A DNA stretch of 62,057 nucleotides from an uncultured Gammaproteobacteria bacterium (GCA_964425075.1 CAYRKM010000002.1:1-62057); one strand, 5' to 3'; numbered from the stretch's first letter, positions 19,756 to 29,266 are shown. Notes: generated by a model from the sequence alone, not told the origin. A program made the numbers and translations.

Positions 19756-20658
19756 TTACATTGAGCGGAGAGCTTTTATGCGTTCCTCAACAGGAGGGTG
19801 TGTAGAGAAAAGGGAGGCAATGAAAGATGTTTTTTGCTTTTTTGTATCAGTTTTAAATGGACTTTCTATAAATAAATGAGCCGTGGCATTTGATGCGTGC
19901 TTGAGTTGATGTCTATCTCTTGATATTTTTTCAAGTGCACGAGCTAAGCCTTCTGGATACCGGGTTACAAGAGCACCACTTGCATCGGCAAGAAATTCAC
20001 GTTTGCGAGAAACTGCTAGTTGAATAAGGGTAGCTGCAATTGGAGCCAAAATTGCAGATGCTAGCCCAAGGACTAAGAATATCGCGTTAGAGCTACTATT
20101 CCTGTCATTATCTCTATTTCCCCAAAACATGCTTCTTAGAAAAAAGTCTGCCAAAATTGCAATGCTTCCAGCAAGTATCGCAACAACTCCCATAAGCCTG
20201 GTATCAAAATTTTTGACATGGGAAAGTTCATGTGCCATCACACCCTCGAGTTCTATTTTGGATAGCGAGTCCATTATTCCAGTTGTTGCGCATACAACCG
20301 CATGTTTTGGATCCCTTCCTGTTGCAAATGCATTCAAAGCTGGGTCATTAATTACATACACCCTTGGCATTGGAAGGCCAGTGGCAATTGAAAGGTTTGT
20401 AACGATGTTAAATAACTCAGGATAATTTTCTTTTTTTGCAGGAATTGCGTTGGAAAGAGAAAGAACTATCTTATCCGAAAAATAATATGAGCTAAATGAC
20501 ATGAGGCCTGAGATAACAAGCATGATTCCCACAAAAGACATTCCATATCCAAGTGCTCGCCCTAAAATATAGGAAACAACTAAGAAAAACAAAACGAAAA
20601 AAACCATTAACGCAATGGTCTTCATTTTATTTGAAGAAATGTGATTGTAGATTGTCAT
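19756..20658 (-). CDS. htpX: M48 zinc metalloprotease HtpX
   Basis: HELSHVKNFD zincin motif, four TM segments and a C-terminal STHPPVEERI. Confidence 0.92.
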   Translation of the reverse strand: MTIYNHISSNKMKTIALMVFFVLFFLVVSYILGRALGYGMSFVGIMLVISGLMSFSSYYFSDKIVLSLSNAIPAKKENYPELFNIVTNLSIATGLPMPRVYVINDPALNAFATGRDPKHAVVCATTGIMDSLSKIELEGVMAHELSHVKNFDTRLMGVVAILAGSIAILADFFLRSMFWGNRDNDRNSSSNAIFLVLGLASAILAPIAATLIQLAVSRKREFLADASGALVTRYPEGLARALEKISRDRHQLKHASNATAHLFIESPFKTDTKKQKTSFIASLFSTHPPVEERIKALRSM

Positions 20659-21218
20659 TAAAACTTAACCTTAACGGGTGCTCGTTCGGAGTCTGTAGTT
20701 TCAAAAAACTCTTTTTCCTTGAAACCAAATTGAGAAGCAATTAAAGATGACGGAAACATTTGGATTTTAGTATTGTATGAAAGCACGTTTGAGTTATAAA
20801 ATTGCCTTGAATATGAAATTTTATCCTCAGTGTCAGATAACTCTTGCTGAAGTTGTTGAAAATTCTCGCTTGCTCGAAGATTTGGATAAGCTTCAGCAAC
20901 AGCAAAAAGTGATTTCAAAGCTCCAGTAAGCATATTGTCAGCTTCTGCCTTTTGCGCTGGGCCCTTGGCACTCATTAAAGCACTTCTAGCTTTGGTTACA
21001 TTTTCAAATACTTCCTTCTCGTGTTTTGCATACCCCTTAACGCTTTCGACCAAATTGGGTATAAGATCGGTCCTTCTTTTTAGTTGAACATCAATTCCGC
21101 TAAACGCTTCCTTGATTCTTTCACGAAGAGTTACTAAAGAATTGTAGGTAAGCCAAATATAGGCAACAATCGCAAGAATTAAGAAAATTAAGCCTCCAAT
21201 AAGTAGTGTGGGATTCAT
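20658..21218 (-). CDS. lemA: LemA family membrane protein
   Basis: N-terminal TM plus [34 protein letters not shown] 1-nt overlap with htpX, the common lemA-htpX pairing. Confidence 0.9.
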   Translation of the reverse strand: MNPTLLIGGLIFLILAIVAYIWLTYNSLVTLRERIKEAFSGIDVQLKRRTDLIPNLVESVKGYAKHEKEVFENVTKARSALMSAKGPAQKAEADNMLTGALKSLFAVAEAYPNLRASENFQQLQQELSDTEDKISYSRQFYNSNVLSYNTKIQMFPSSLIASQFGFKEKEFFETTDSERAPVKVKF

Positions 21219-21227
21219 ACTAAAGTT

Positions 21228-21256
21228 ATTATGGCACGAGGCGTACGAAAAGTCAA
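21228..21256 (-). promoter_or_regulatory. lemA-htpX promoter: TTGACT-N17-CATAAT, 9 nt from the ATG
   Basis: On the minus strand the -35 is 21256..21251 and the -10 is 21233..21228. Confidence 0.45.
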
Positions 21257-21269
21257 TTGAAGCTAAATA

Positions 21270-23036
21270 TTATTTATTCAGCCAATTTAACATAGTAGCG
21301 TAATCATAAGTATTGATTACATTCTCCTTCTCAAGCCATCCTCTTCGAGCGACAGACACGCCATACGGGATGTTATCCATATGGGATACATCGTGACTGT
21401 CCGAATCAATTACAAATTTACAACCCATTTCCTTTGCAAGTTTGACCAAATCATCTCTAAGGTCAAGGCGAGTAGGCCAAGCATTTATTTCTAAAGCCTT
21501 ATTGTGTTTTGCGCAAAATTCAAATATTTTTTCCCAATCAGCATCGTATCCTGGACGCTGATTGATAAGCCTTCCAGTTGGATGAGCAAGTATTCTTGCT
21601 TTAGGATGGGAGAGGCCATTAAGAATTCTTTCGGTCATTCTTTTTTTGTCTGTGATAAATGAGCTATGGATGGATACTATAGCCATATCCAGCAAATTCA
21701 TAGACTTATCACTCAAAGCAAGATTTCCAGAGGCCAAAATATCGACTTCGAGTAATTTAATTATATGAATACCAAAATTACTCTTTATTGAGTCTATAGC
21801 ATCATTTCTTTTTCGAATTAGTGTATAAATTTCTACCTCAGTATGGTTTCTTACGGCCGGGTTATGCTCAGAAAATCCTAAATACTGATAGCCTAATTCT
21901 TCCGCTTTTTTTAAATGTATTTCAAAACTACTTCTTCCCAAATCATGGCTAGGGTCAATTAGGAAATTAGAGTGTACATGGAAATCTCCTTTTATATCGG
22001 CAAATTCTATGAGTTTTGGAAGTTTATGATTTATTGCTGCCTCAATTTCACCAGTATTTTCGCGAAGTTCAGGGGGAATCCAATCAAGCCCAAGAAAATT
22101 ATAAAATTCTTCCTCTGTGTCAAAAGTCTTAGTTTCACCATTCTTAAGCTTTATACCCTTTTCAGATAGGGAGTATCCCTTTTTCAGTGCATATTCTCGT
22201 AAATGAATGTTGTGGTCCTTGCTACCAGAAAAATGTTGAAGGAGTGAGCCTAGTTGATGTGGCTCTAAGACCATCAGATCTACTTGTTTTCCGCCGTTTA
22301 AAAGGATTGAGGAAGTTATATCTCCTCTTTCAATAACGCGTTCTTTATTTGGATAGGAAGTAAAGTGATCAAGTACTTTTTTAGTGTCACTTGATACAAC
22401 TGCTATATCAACATCTCCAATTGTGGATTTTCTGCGACGCAAGCTGCCCAATGTATATGCACCCATAACACTTTTATCCTTTTTAAGATATTCAACCATG
22501 ATATCTGCAATTTCTGAGGCCATTTGCAGAACCATTCTTGAAGATTTAGTTTTTCCTAATTTATATTCATCAATTGCCCTTTTAATATCACTCTCAGATT
22601 TCTCGCCAAAGGAGTCAAGAGGAGCTATTTGACTCCTTTCAGCAAGAGAATAAACGTCCTCGATAACTGTTTTTGGGTTTTTAAGGTTAAATGAAGTCAC
22701 AAGCTTATATGCCTTTTTAGGTCCAAATGTTGGAATATCGAGAAGCGGGAATACTGCTGCGGGAACTTTTTTTAAAACCGTTTGAAAGTGGGCAACTTCA
22801 CCTGTTTTATATAGTTCTAAAATGTGACTTTTTATACTACTTCCTACACCAGGAATAGAGTCAAGTTCATTATTTTTTATCTTATCGCTTACTTCTGTTG
22901 CGAGTCCCGAAATAGAGTCAGCGGCTTTCTGGTAAGCAAGAATTTGGAAGCGGTATTTTTTTTCATCAATCATTGAATAGGCTGAAGCAACGCGGGACAG
23001 AAGAGTAGAAAGCTCCTCATTTGTAAAGGATTTCAT
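21270..23036 (-). CDS. polX: family X DNA polymerase with C-terminal PHP domain (PolX)
   Basis: HhH motifs (IPGVGSSI, IPTFGPKKA), the nucleotidyltransferase GSLRRRKSTIGDVDI, and PHP histidines (GDFHVHSNF...EHN). Confidence 0.92.
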   Translation of the reverse strand: MKSFTNEELSTLLSRVASAYSMIDEKKYRFQILAYQKAADSISGLATEVSDKIKNNELDSIPGVGSSIKSHILELYKTGEVAHFQTVLKKVPAAVFPLLDIPTFGPKKAYKLVTSFNLKNPKTVIEDVYSLAERSQIAPLDSFGEKSESDIKRAIDEYKLGKTKSSRMVLQMASEIADIMVEYLKKDKSVMGAYTLGSLRRRKSTIGDVDIAVVSSDTKKVLDHFTSYPNKERVIERGDITSSILLNGGKQVDLMVLEPHQLGSLLQHFSGSKDHNIHLREYALKKGYSLSEKGIKLKNGETKTFDTEEEFYNFLGLDWIPPELRENTGEIEAAINHKLPKLIEFADIKGDFHVHSNFLIDPSHDLGRSSFEIHLKKAEELGYQYLGFSEHNPAVRNHTEVEIYTLIRKRNDAIDSIKSNFGIHIIKLLEVDILASGNLALSDKSMNLLDMAIVSIHSSFITDKKRMTERILNGLSHPKARILAHPTGRLINQRPGYDADWEKIFEFCAKHNKALEINAWPTRLDLRDDLVKLAKEMGCKFVIDSDSHDVSHMDNIPYGVSVARRGWLEKENVINTYDYATMLNWLNK

Positions 23037-23042
23037 GACTAA

Positions 23043-23051
23043 ATATTATCA
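23043..23051 (-). promoter_or_regulatory. extended -10 (TGATAATAT), 6 nt upstream of the polX ATG
   Basis: The minus strand reads TGATAATAT-ttagtc-ATG. No Shine-Dalgarno sequence is possible in that space. Confidence 0.4.
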
Positions 23052-23077
23052 TAAAACTATAAATAGGGCGCTTAGCA

Positions 23078-23106
23078 TTGACTCATTGTATTAGATTTGA
23101 TAGTAT
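23078..23106 (+). promoter_or_regulatory. promoter TTGACT-N17-TAGTAT upstream of tRNA-Asp
   Basis: -35 at 23078..23083 and -10 at 23101..23106. The tRNA starts about 60 nt downstream. Confidence 0.4.
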
Positions 23107-23165
23107 ATGAAGCAAACTTCAGCGTAATTTCTTCTGCCTTTGCATACGAAGTTATTGAGTAATAT

Positions 23166-23239
23166 GGGGTGGTAGCTCAGTTGGTTAGAGCGCTTCCCTG
23201 TCACGGAAGAGGCCGCGGGTTCGAGTCCCGTTCATCCCG
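23166..23239 (+). tRNA. tRNA-Asp (GTC)
   Basis: Manual cloverleaf: acceptor GGGGTGG/TCATCCC, anticodon stem CTTCC/GGAAG with loop CTGTCAC, T-loop TTCGAGT. No encoded CCA. Confidence 0.9.
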
Positions 23240-23282
23240 CCCGTATTACTCTTATCCCTCTGCCCAGAGAGGAGGCGAAACA

Positions 23283-23918
23283 ATGCCAGCAAAAAAAACA
23301 AAAAAACAAGCAGTTAAGAAAAACACATCCAATTTGGATTTTCAAAAACTTATCCAAACATCCAATTCTTATAAGAGTCTAATTTATGGAATTATTACAG
23401 TTGTTGTACTTTTCGTAGTAATAGTTCTTGGAATGAGAACTCTTTCTCAAAATCAACAAGGAGATATCAATGAAGGAGCAGAGATAAGCGAGGAAATGAT
23501 TGACAACACTTATACAGTTGTTGAAGGAGATACTTTATGGAGTATTGCCGAGAAGGAATACGGTGACGGATTTAAATGGACTGAAATAGCCAAGGAAAAC
23601 AATATTACTAATGGAGCTATTGAAAAGGGAGCTAAATTAAGACTTCCAAAAATTGCAAGAAAAAGTGAAACATTAGTTGTTACACCAAAGGTTACACAGC
23701 CTATTACAAAAACGCCTACCCAACAACAAACACCAACTCAGCCAACGCAACCAAAAATTGTAGGAACATCCTACAAAGTTGTTGAGGGTGATAATTTGTG
23801 GGATATTAGTGTTAGGGCTTACGGCGACGGTTATAAATGGGTAGAACTTGCAAGACTTAATAATCTTACAAATCCTGACCTTATTTATGTCGGAAACGTT
23901 ATAAAACTGTCTAGATAG
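23283..23918 (+). CDS. membrane-anchored protein with two LysM peptidoglycan-binding domains
   Basis: GGAGG (23271..23275) lies 7 nt before the ATG. One TM is followed by two LysM repeats (YTVVEGDTLWSIAEKEYGDG, YKVVEGDNLWDISVRAYGDG) joined by a P/T/Q-rich linker. The longer track ORF from 23169 runs through the tRNA and is rejected. Confidence 0.88.
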   Translation: MPAKKTKKQAVKKNTSNLDFQKLIQTSNSYKSLIYGIITVVVLFVVIVLGMRTLSQNQQGDINEGAEISEEMIDNTYTVVEGDTLWSIAEKEYGDGFKWTEIAKENNITNGAIEKGAKLRLPKIARKSETLVVTPKVTQPITKTPTQQQTPTQPTQPKIVGTSYKVVEGDNLWDISVRAYGDGYKWVELARLNNLTNPDLIYVGNVIKLSR

Positions 23919-23940
23919 TAGAAGTGCTCTAGACAGTTTT
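23907..23940 (+). terminator. intrinsic terminator overlapping the LysM stop codon
   Basis: CTGTCTAGA-N12-TCTAGACAG (9-bp stem) followed by TTTT. Confidence 0.6.
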
Positions 23941-23996
23941 GGTGACGGGAGGTGTTGTATACTATATTATGTTTCTGCCAGGCAGAAAATGCAGCT

Positions 23997-24068
23997 GCGG
24001 GTGTAGTTGAGTGGTACAATGCTTCCTTCCCAAGGAAGAGTTCGTGGGTTCGATTCCCATCACCCGCT
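23997..24068 (+). tRNA. tRNA-Gly (CCC)
   Basis: Acceptor GCGGGTG/CACCCGC, anticodon stem CTTCC/GGAAG with loop TTCCCAA, T-loop TTCGATT. No encoded CCA. Confidence 0.9.
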
Positions 24069-24082
24069 CAAAGAATAATGCC

Positions 24083-24553
24083 ATGCTTAAAAAAATAGTC
24101 AATCTTCCCCTATTAGTAAAAGTAGTTTTAGCTACTTCATTGACTATTATTGTTTTTATTGGGATATTTCTTCATGAAGTTTGGACAGACCCTGCTGTGG
24201 GCTGGTTTCCACTAGATGACACGCAGGCAGAATATACGATAACCAGAAATTGTATCCCTGCAGGTTATGGATTCGATGAACCCAAAACTTTTGCACAAAG
24301 CAATATTTATTGTATGGAATATCGTGGAGGGCATGTGACATGGAGGGAACTTCAAGGAAATGCTAATTATTTCAGTATCGCAATTGGAAAGAGTGAGATA
24401 GATTTAGCACCATTTGCTGAAAAGAAAGTAAAAAGCATAAAAGGTAATTTTCAATGGGGAGACGACAAGCAGTGTATTCAAAACAAGTGTATCAATCTTG
24501 CTAATGGACCATTCCCTCAGTTAAACATAAAATCACTTGAATTAGCAAAATAA
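24083..24553 (+). CDS. hypothetical secreted/membrane-anchored Cys-containing protein
   Basis: The start is taken at the MLKKIVNLPLLVKV signal-anchor, because the upstream part of the track ORF is the tRNA-Gly sequence. No recognisable family. Confidence 0.55.
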   Translation: MLKKIVNLPLLVKVVLATSLTIIVFIGIFLHEVWTDPAVGWFPLDDTQAEYTITRNCIPAGYGFDEPKTFAQSNIYCMEYRGGHVTWRELQGNANYFSIAIGKSEIDLAPFAEKKVKSIKGNFQWGDDKQCIQNKCINLANGPFPQLNIKSLELAK

Positions 24554-24572
24554 TCTATTCCTATTTCCTTTC

Positions 24573-24601
24573 TTGACACGTTTTTCCCTATTTGATAATA
24601 T
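24573..24601 (+). promoter_or_regulatory. pyrG promoter: TTGACA-N17-(TGA)TAATAT, 5 nt from the GTG start
   Basis: -35 at 24573..24578 and -10 at 24596..24601. The GTG is at 24607. Confidence 0.55.
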
Positions 24602-24606
24602 AAATC

Positions 24607-26274
24607 GTGCCGCTCAAGAAACAAACTACAAAATATATATTCGTATCCGGTGGTGTAATATCCGGAATAGGAAAAGGACTTACAGCTTCCTCCATCTCAT
24701 TTCTTCTAAAATCAGCAGGCTATAAAGTCGCTCCAATTAAGTTCGAAAATTACCTAAATTTAGACGCAGGAACCATCAATCCAATTGAACATGGGGATCC
24801 TTTCTTATGCGAAGACGGAACTGAGGCGGATATGGATATAGGTTCTTACGAAAAATTTTTGAATGAGGACATGGGCAAAGATAACTTTGTAACCATGGGG
24901 AGAATCTACCAGACTGTAATTGATAGAGAAAGAAGGTTTGAATATAACGGAGAAGATGTTGAGGCAATTCCCCATATAACTGATGAAATAATTTCAAGAA
25001 TCAAACACGTTGCAAGCGTTAAAAAAGCAGATATTGTAATGATTGAATTGGGTGGAACAGCAGGAGAATATCAAAACATATTTTATTATGAAGCGTCTCG
25101 AATTATGACTTTGAAAAATCCAGGAGACGTAATTCATATACACGTTAGCTATGTTCCTACACCTTCTCATTTAGGGGAGCCAAAAACAAAACCCACCCAA
25201 CTATCGGTTAGAACGCTTAATTCAATGGGCATACAACCTGATTTTATTATTGCACGTTCTATGAAATATCTTGATCAAAGAAGAAGAGATAGATTTGCGC
25301 TGTTTTGCAACATGCATCCTGAAGATATTATTTCCAATCCAGATGTTGATAGCGTATACGAGATTCCCTTGGTTCTTCACAAACAGGGGCTTGAAAAAAG
25401 GATATTTCTCAAACTTGGACTAACCCAAAAAACTCCAAAACTTAACGATTGGGAGAAACTTATTGAAAAAGTGAAATCGAAAAAGAAAAAGACGGTTGAA
25501 ATTGCGATTGTTGGTAAGTATTTTGGTACCGGTGAGTATCAACTTCGGGATTCCTATGCTGCGCTGCTTGACGCGATAGAGCATGCTTCTTGGACAGCAA
25601 ATGTAGAGGTAAAAACTCGCTGGGTGGATGCTGAAAAGGTAGAAAAAGAGGGTGCTGAGAAAATTATAGGAAAACCTGATGGGATTATCGTACCCATAGG
25701 TTGGGGAGAAAGAGGAGCTGAAGGAATGATAAAGGCAGTCGGGTATTCTCTTGAAAAGAAAATTCCATATTTAGGTTTGTGTTATGGAATGCAACTTGCT
25801 GCTGTTGGATTTGCTAGATATAAATTGGGATGGAAAGACGCCAATACTACTGAAAATAATCCCAAAACAAAGCACCCGATTATTCACATGATAGAAAACC
25901 AGAAAGAGTTGATGGAAAGAAGGGCATATGGTGGAACCATGAGGCTTGGAAGTTGGGACGCTTTGGTTAAAAAGGGAACACGAGCATACGAAATTTACAA
26001 AGAAGCAAGGCAGTTTAAGAAAGGAAAAGATGGTCTTACTTCAGAAAGACATCGCCATAGATATGAATTTAATAGCAAATATGCTCTTGAAATGGAAAAA
26101 GCGGGTCTTGTTATATCAGCTCGTTCTGTTGTAGAAAATCTTGTAGAAATCATAGAACTACCCAAAGCAAAACACCCTTTCTTTCTGGGAACCCAGGGAC
26201 ACCCCGAATATAAAAGTAGGCCCCAAAGTCCTCATCCAATTTTTGTGAGCTTCCTTAAAGCAACAAGTGCTTAA
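24607..26274 (+). CDS. pyrG: CTP synthase
   Basis: KYIFVSGGVISGIGKG at the N-terminus and the GATase motif YLGLCYGMQLA. 555 aa. There is no in-frame ATG between the GTG and the conserved KYIFV motif. Confidence 0.97.
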   Translation: MPLKKQTTKYIFVSGGVISGIGKGLTASSISFLLKSAGYKVAPIKFENYLNLDAGTINPIEHGDPFLCEDGTEADMDIGSYEKFLNEDMGKDNFVTMGRIYQTVIDRERRFEYNGEDVEAIPHITDEIISRIKHVASVKKADIVMIELGGTAGEYQNIFYYEASRIMTLKNPGDVIHIHVSYVPTPSHLGEPKTKPTQLSVRTLNSMGIQPDFIIARSMKYLDQRRRDRFALFCNMHPEDIISNPDVDSVYEIPLVLHKQGLEKRIFLKLGLTQKTPKLNDWEKLIEKVKSKKKKTVEIAIVGKYFGTGEYQLRDSYAALLDAIEHASWTANVEVKTRWVDAEKVEKEGAEKIIGKPDGIIVPIGWGERGAEGMIKAVGYSLEKKIPYLGLCYGMQLAAVGFARYKLGWKDANTTENNPKTKHPIIHMIENQKELMERRAYGGTMRLGSWDALVKKGTRAYEIYKEARQFKKGKDGLTSERHRHRYEFNSKYALEMEKAGLVISARSVVENLVEIIELPKAKHPFFLGTQGHPEYKSRPQSPHPIFVSFLKATSA

Positions 26275-26279
26275 TGTTC

Positions 26280-26308
26280 TTGGAATTTGTGCGTGAATTG
26301 TGTATAAT
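26280..26308 (+). promoter_or_regulatory. rplS promoter: TTGGAA-N17-TATAAT, 7 nt from the ATG
   Basis: -35 at 26280..26285 and -10 at 26303..26308. The ATG is at 26316. Confidence 0.5.
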
Positions 26309-26315
26309 AGCCTAT

Positions 26316-26615
26316 ATGGATAACCAAATGAACTTTAAGCGTGGAAAAAGCGTAAAAGTTTTTCAAAAAATAATTGAGGGAAAAAAGGAAAGAATTATCT
26401 CTTTTGAGGGCAAGATTACAAAATCTCGTGGTTCAAATGGGAACAGAATGCTAACTGTAAGACAATACATCGATGGAGTTGATGTGGACAGAATATTTCC
26501 ACTAAATGCACCAGCGATTATCAAAGTTGAACCAATTGAGGACAAAAAGAAAGCAAGAAAAATTGCAGCTAGACAAGCTATAAAATCTACGAAAAAGACC
26601 ACTAAGAAAGCCTAA
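26316..26615 (+). CDS. rplS: 50S ribosomal protein L19
   Basis: FKRGKSVKVFQKIIEGKKERIISFEGKI...RMLTVRQ...GVDVDRIFPLNAP is the L19 fold signature. The start could be the ATG at 26316 or at 26328. The track start at 26274 adds a non-conserved extension. Confidence 0.9.
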   Translation: MDNQMNFKRGKSVKVFQKIIEGKKERIISFEGKITKSRGSNGNRMLTVRQYIDGVDVDRIFPLNAPAIIKVEPIEDKKKARKIAARQAIKSTKKTTKKA

Positions 26616-26653
26616 GGCTCGTAATTTTTACTACAATATCTTACTATTAACTC

Positions 26654-26995
26654 ATGAGTTTGGGTCATGATGGAGAAATGTTTGCTGTAAATTTCCTTAA
26701 AAATAAGGGTTACCAAATACTTTTTCAAAATTATCATTCAAGATTTGGGGAAATCGATATTATTGCAAAAGACAAGGGCACTATAGTTTTTGTTGAGGTA
26801 AAAACTCGCACCAACACGTTATTTGGAGCTCCTCTTGAGGCAATTACGAATTCAAAGCTTAAGAAAATTATAAAAACTTCACAATTTTATCTTACTGAGA
26901 ACAGATTGGAAAACTTACCCTACAGATTTGATGCGGTCGAGGTATTTATAGGAAAAGAAAAAAATATTGAACACATAGAAAATATAACCCTATAA
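26654..26995 (+). CDS. yraN: YraN family (UPF0102) endonuclease-like protein
   Basis: GE..A..FL...GY.IL..N....GEIDIIA.....IVFVEVKTR pattern, 113 aa. Confidence 0.85.
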   Translation: MSLGHDGEMFAVNFLKNKGYQILFQNYHSRFGEIDIIAKDKGTIVFVEVKTRTNTLFGAPLEAITNSKLKKIIKTSQFYLTENRLENLPYRFDAVEVFIGKEKNIEHIENITL

Positions 26996-26997
26996 GT

Positions 26998-28299
26998 TTA
27001 TTCTTCTATATCGCTGCCTTCCTCAACCTCATCATAAGTAGGTTTTATGAGAAAGTCCTTAAGGTCACGGTGTCCTACAATAACGGGGTACTTAAGATTT
27101 GAACGATCAACGATTGAGGCTATTGTTGTAATTCTTTTACCAGCAAGCAAAAAGCTAACTTTTGTTGTGGGTCTAAAGCTATCTCCGCTTGCCGACCTTA
27201 CAAATACCTTTTCATCCAAAATTTGAAGACCCAATAGGTTTGCAAAAGATCTGTCAATTGAGGTTCGATAAGCGCCAGTGTCCAATTTTGCCTTAACAGT
27301 AATTGGCTCGCCACTTCTCATAAATGTAACTTCTTGAATAATTGAGAGTACTTTTGGGGCAATGGATACTTTTTCGGAGAATCCTTCTGCAAAAAGATTT
27401 TTACCAATCTCAACACCTCTCTCAGGAGTTGGGGTCGTTATATTCTCTACTCTTTCAAGACGAGAGCGAAGAGAAGCCCTGTTTGCATTTTGAATTGAAA
27501 GCCCTGGTCGAGCATTTACTTCAAGAACCATAGGGCCTTCGTTTGCATCAAATACGATATCAATTCCAGCATAACCCAAACCAATTACAGCCTGAGTTTG
27601 CGAGGCAAGAGTTAAAACCTTGTCCCATTCTGGTATTCTTATTCCCTTGGTCTTAACTTTAGTTCCCGGCAAGAAAGGTATTCGTTGATCATAAAGAATA
27701 GCATTGGTTGTAATTCCTGTTCTTATATCTATACCAAAACCAATTGCGCCCTGGTGAAGATTGGCCTTACCCTTAGATTCTTCTGTTGAAAGCCTTAACA
27801 TTGCCATTATTGGAATATTATTAAAGGCTACAATTCGTATATCTGGAATACCAAATGCAGTAAGTTTTTTAAAAAAAGGATGAGGTCGAAGTCTCTCCTC
27901 TATAAAGGCAATATCTGGCAGAAATTGCAAGGAATAAGCCCCTTCTAAAATGTCAAGAATATGTGACTCAAGAAGTTTTAAGTCATACGTCTCATTTGAT
28001 ACAGTTGTTCCTATTCCTTCCTGCCATTTTTTTATTGGCAAAATTCCTGCACCTGCATATCCTCTTGCCGGTTTTATAACGAAGCCTCTTTCTGGAAGAG
28101 ATGGCCAGTCAAAGCTTCGAATCGATTCTCTATCAAAAAATTTAGCAAATATTGGTGGCGTTTTAATGTTGTTGTTAATCAATACACTTTTTAACTCCAA
28201 CTTGTCGTCAGCTATTCTTTTTGCTGAAGGTGGGTTGTACCGTCTTATATAGAGAAAGTTGCGGGCATTCATGCCCAAGATGTTTCTACTTACTGCCAT
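26998..28299 (-). CDS. RimK-related (alpha-L-glutamate-ligase-like) ATP-grasp enzyme fused to a C-terminal retropepsin-like (RimB-type) domain
   Basis: The N-terminal ILGMNARNFLYIRRYNPPSAKRIADDKLELK matches the sugar-transfer-associated/RimK-related ATP-grasp class. ATP-grasp core motifs are present (FVIKPARGYAGAGI, VLEVNARPGL). The C-terminal ~110 aa (KAKLDTGAYRTSID...YPVIVGHRD) resembles the DTG retropepsin-like domain found next to or fused with RimK. Confidence 0.7.
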   Translation of the reverse strand: MAVSRNILGMNARNFLYIRRYNPPSAKRIADDKLELKSVLINNNIKTPPIFAKFFDRESIRSFDWPSLPERGFVIKPARGYAGAGILPIKKWQEGIGTTVSNETYDLKLLESHILDILEGAYSLQFLPDIAFIEERLRPHPFFKKLTAFGIPDIRIVAFNNIPIMAMLRLSTEESKGKANLHQGAIGFGIDIRTGITTNAILYDQRIPFLPGTKVKTKGIRIPEWDKVLTLASQTQAVIGLGYAGIDIVFDANEGPMVLEVNARPGLSIQNANRASLRSRLERVENITTPTPERGVEIGKNLFAEGFSEKVSIAPKVLSIIQEVTFMRSGEPITVKAKLDTGAYRTSIDRSFANLLGLQILDEKVFVRSASGDSFRPTTKVSFLLAGKRITTIASIVDRSNLKYPVIVGHRDLKDFLIKPTYDEVEEGSDIEE

Positions 28300-29227
28300 G
28301 GCTCATTGTTGAGGCGAATCTAAAATATTCCATAAGTCTCAAACCAAAATATCTTCCGATAATTATGTCTATTGGAACGAGCAAAAATATAAGCTCTGGG
28401 TAAAGAAGTATCGCATTTCTTAAGTGAATTGAGGAAAGCAAAAGGAACCCTAAAATTCCAATTGCAAATGTAACCATTGAAATAATTATCATTTCCTGAG
28501 CACTTCTTTCAAGCTGAACAGAGATAATTTGCTCGGAAAGTAATATTAGAAGTAAAACTGGAAAAATGGAAAGTTGTTTTACTACAAGTATTCCAACGCC
28601 AGCACTAACACTTAGTGTAAGAAAAAGAAATACTGCCACAATAAACATAGAAAGTGCCATTTTGGGGAGTTGCATAATTCTAACTTTCTTGAGCAAAATT
28701 CTTGCAACAGTTGAGGCAAATATAATTGTCGCAAGCATTATCATACCCGCTGTAATACCGGTTGATAAAAGAGTAATGGAAAGCGCGACCGGTACAAGCA
28801 TTCCAATACTTGGAAGCCCGATAACGTGTCTTATAAAGGCAATTATCGTTGCAAGCATGGGCAAAAGCAGAATCAAAATAATTGTGCGAGATGGAACACC
28901 AGCTTTTACCGAGCTTTGAACCATATAAGCTGCAAAATTAAGGGGAGTTAGGCTTTCTGCTGGACGCTGTTTGAAGAGTTTTAAAACTTCCACATCTTCA
29001 GGTCCCTCAACTCTTGTTACATCTTCCTGCTTTAGCTTTTCCAATGCTTCGCGTTCCTTCGCAGATTCTGAGGCAAGTCGAGCAGCTTCTGAGGCTATGA
29101 GTTGTTCAAGTGTTGGAGTAGCAGTTGGCGTAGGAGTTGGTGTTGCACGCCTCACCTGTGCGTTTATTGGAGCTGCAACCAATAAGAAGAAAGACAGAAA
29201 AAAAAGTAGGAAAGTGAAAATTCTCAT
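28286..29227 (-). CDS. 7TM membrane protein of the type usually fused to an inactive transglutaminase
   Basis: Signal peptide, a (TP)n linker, a helical region, then seven TM segments ending in GRYFGLRLMEYFRF. A 14-nt overlap with the downstream ATP-grasp gene. Confidence 0.6.
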   Translation of the reverse strand: MRIFTFLLFFLSFFLLVAAPINAQVRRATPTPTPTATPTLEQLIASEAARLASESAKEREALEKLKQEDVTRVEGPEDVEVLKLFKQRPAESLTPLNFAAYMVQSSVKAGVPSRTIILILLLPMLATIIAFIRHVIGLPSIGMLVPVALSITLLSTGITAGMIMLATIIFASTVARILLKKVRIMQLPKMALSMFIVAVFLFLTLSVSAGVGILVVKQLSIFPVLLLILLSEQIISVQLERSAQEMIIISMVTFAIGILGFLLLSSIHLRNAILLYPELIFLLVPIDIIIGRYFGLRLMEYFRFASTMSHGSK

Positions 29228-29233
29228 GTATTA

Positions 29234-29262
29234 ATGGTAGCAAATTGGCAATTTTAGTTCAA
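29234..29262 (-). promoter_or_regulatory. promoter TTGAAC-N17-TACCAT, 6 nt from the 7TM gene ATG
   Basis: On the minus strand the -35 is 29262..29257 and the -10 is 29239..29234. The ATG is at 29227. Confidence 0.45.
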
Positions 29263-29266
29263 TGAG

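Noticed and set aside
23169-23282. N-terminal extensions of the LysM ORF (from 23169) and of the next ORF (24011..24082).
   Set aside because: Both extensions are translations of tRNA-Asp and tRNA-Gly sequence. Internal starts with an SD (23283) or a signal-anchor (24083) fit better.
29090-29170. Low-complexity GTTGG/GTAGG-rich DNA, considered as a possible simple-sequence repeat or phase-variation tract.
   Set aside because: It is the antisense of an imperfect (Thr-Pro)n linker within the 7TM protein. It is not a perfect microsatellite, so slippage-based switching is unlikely.
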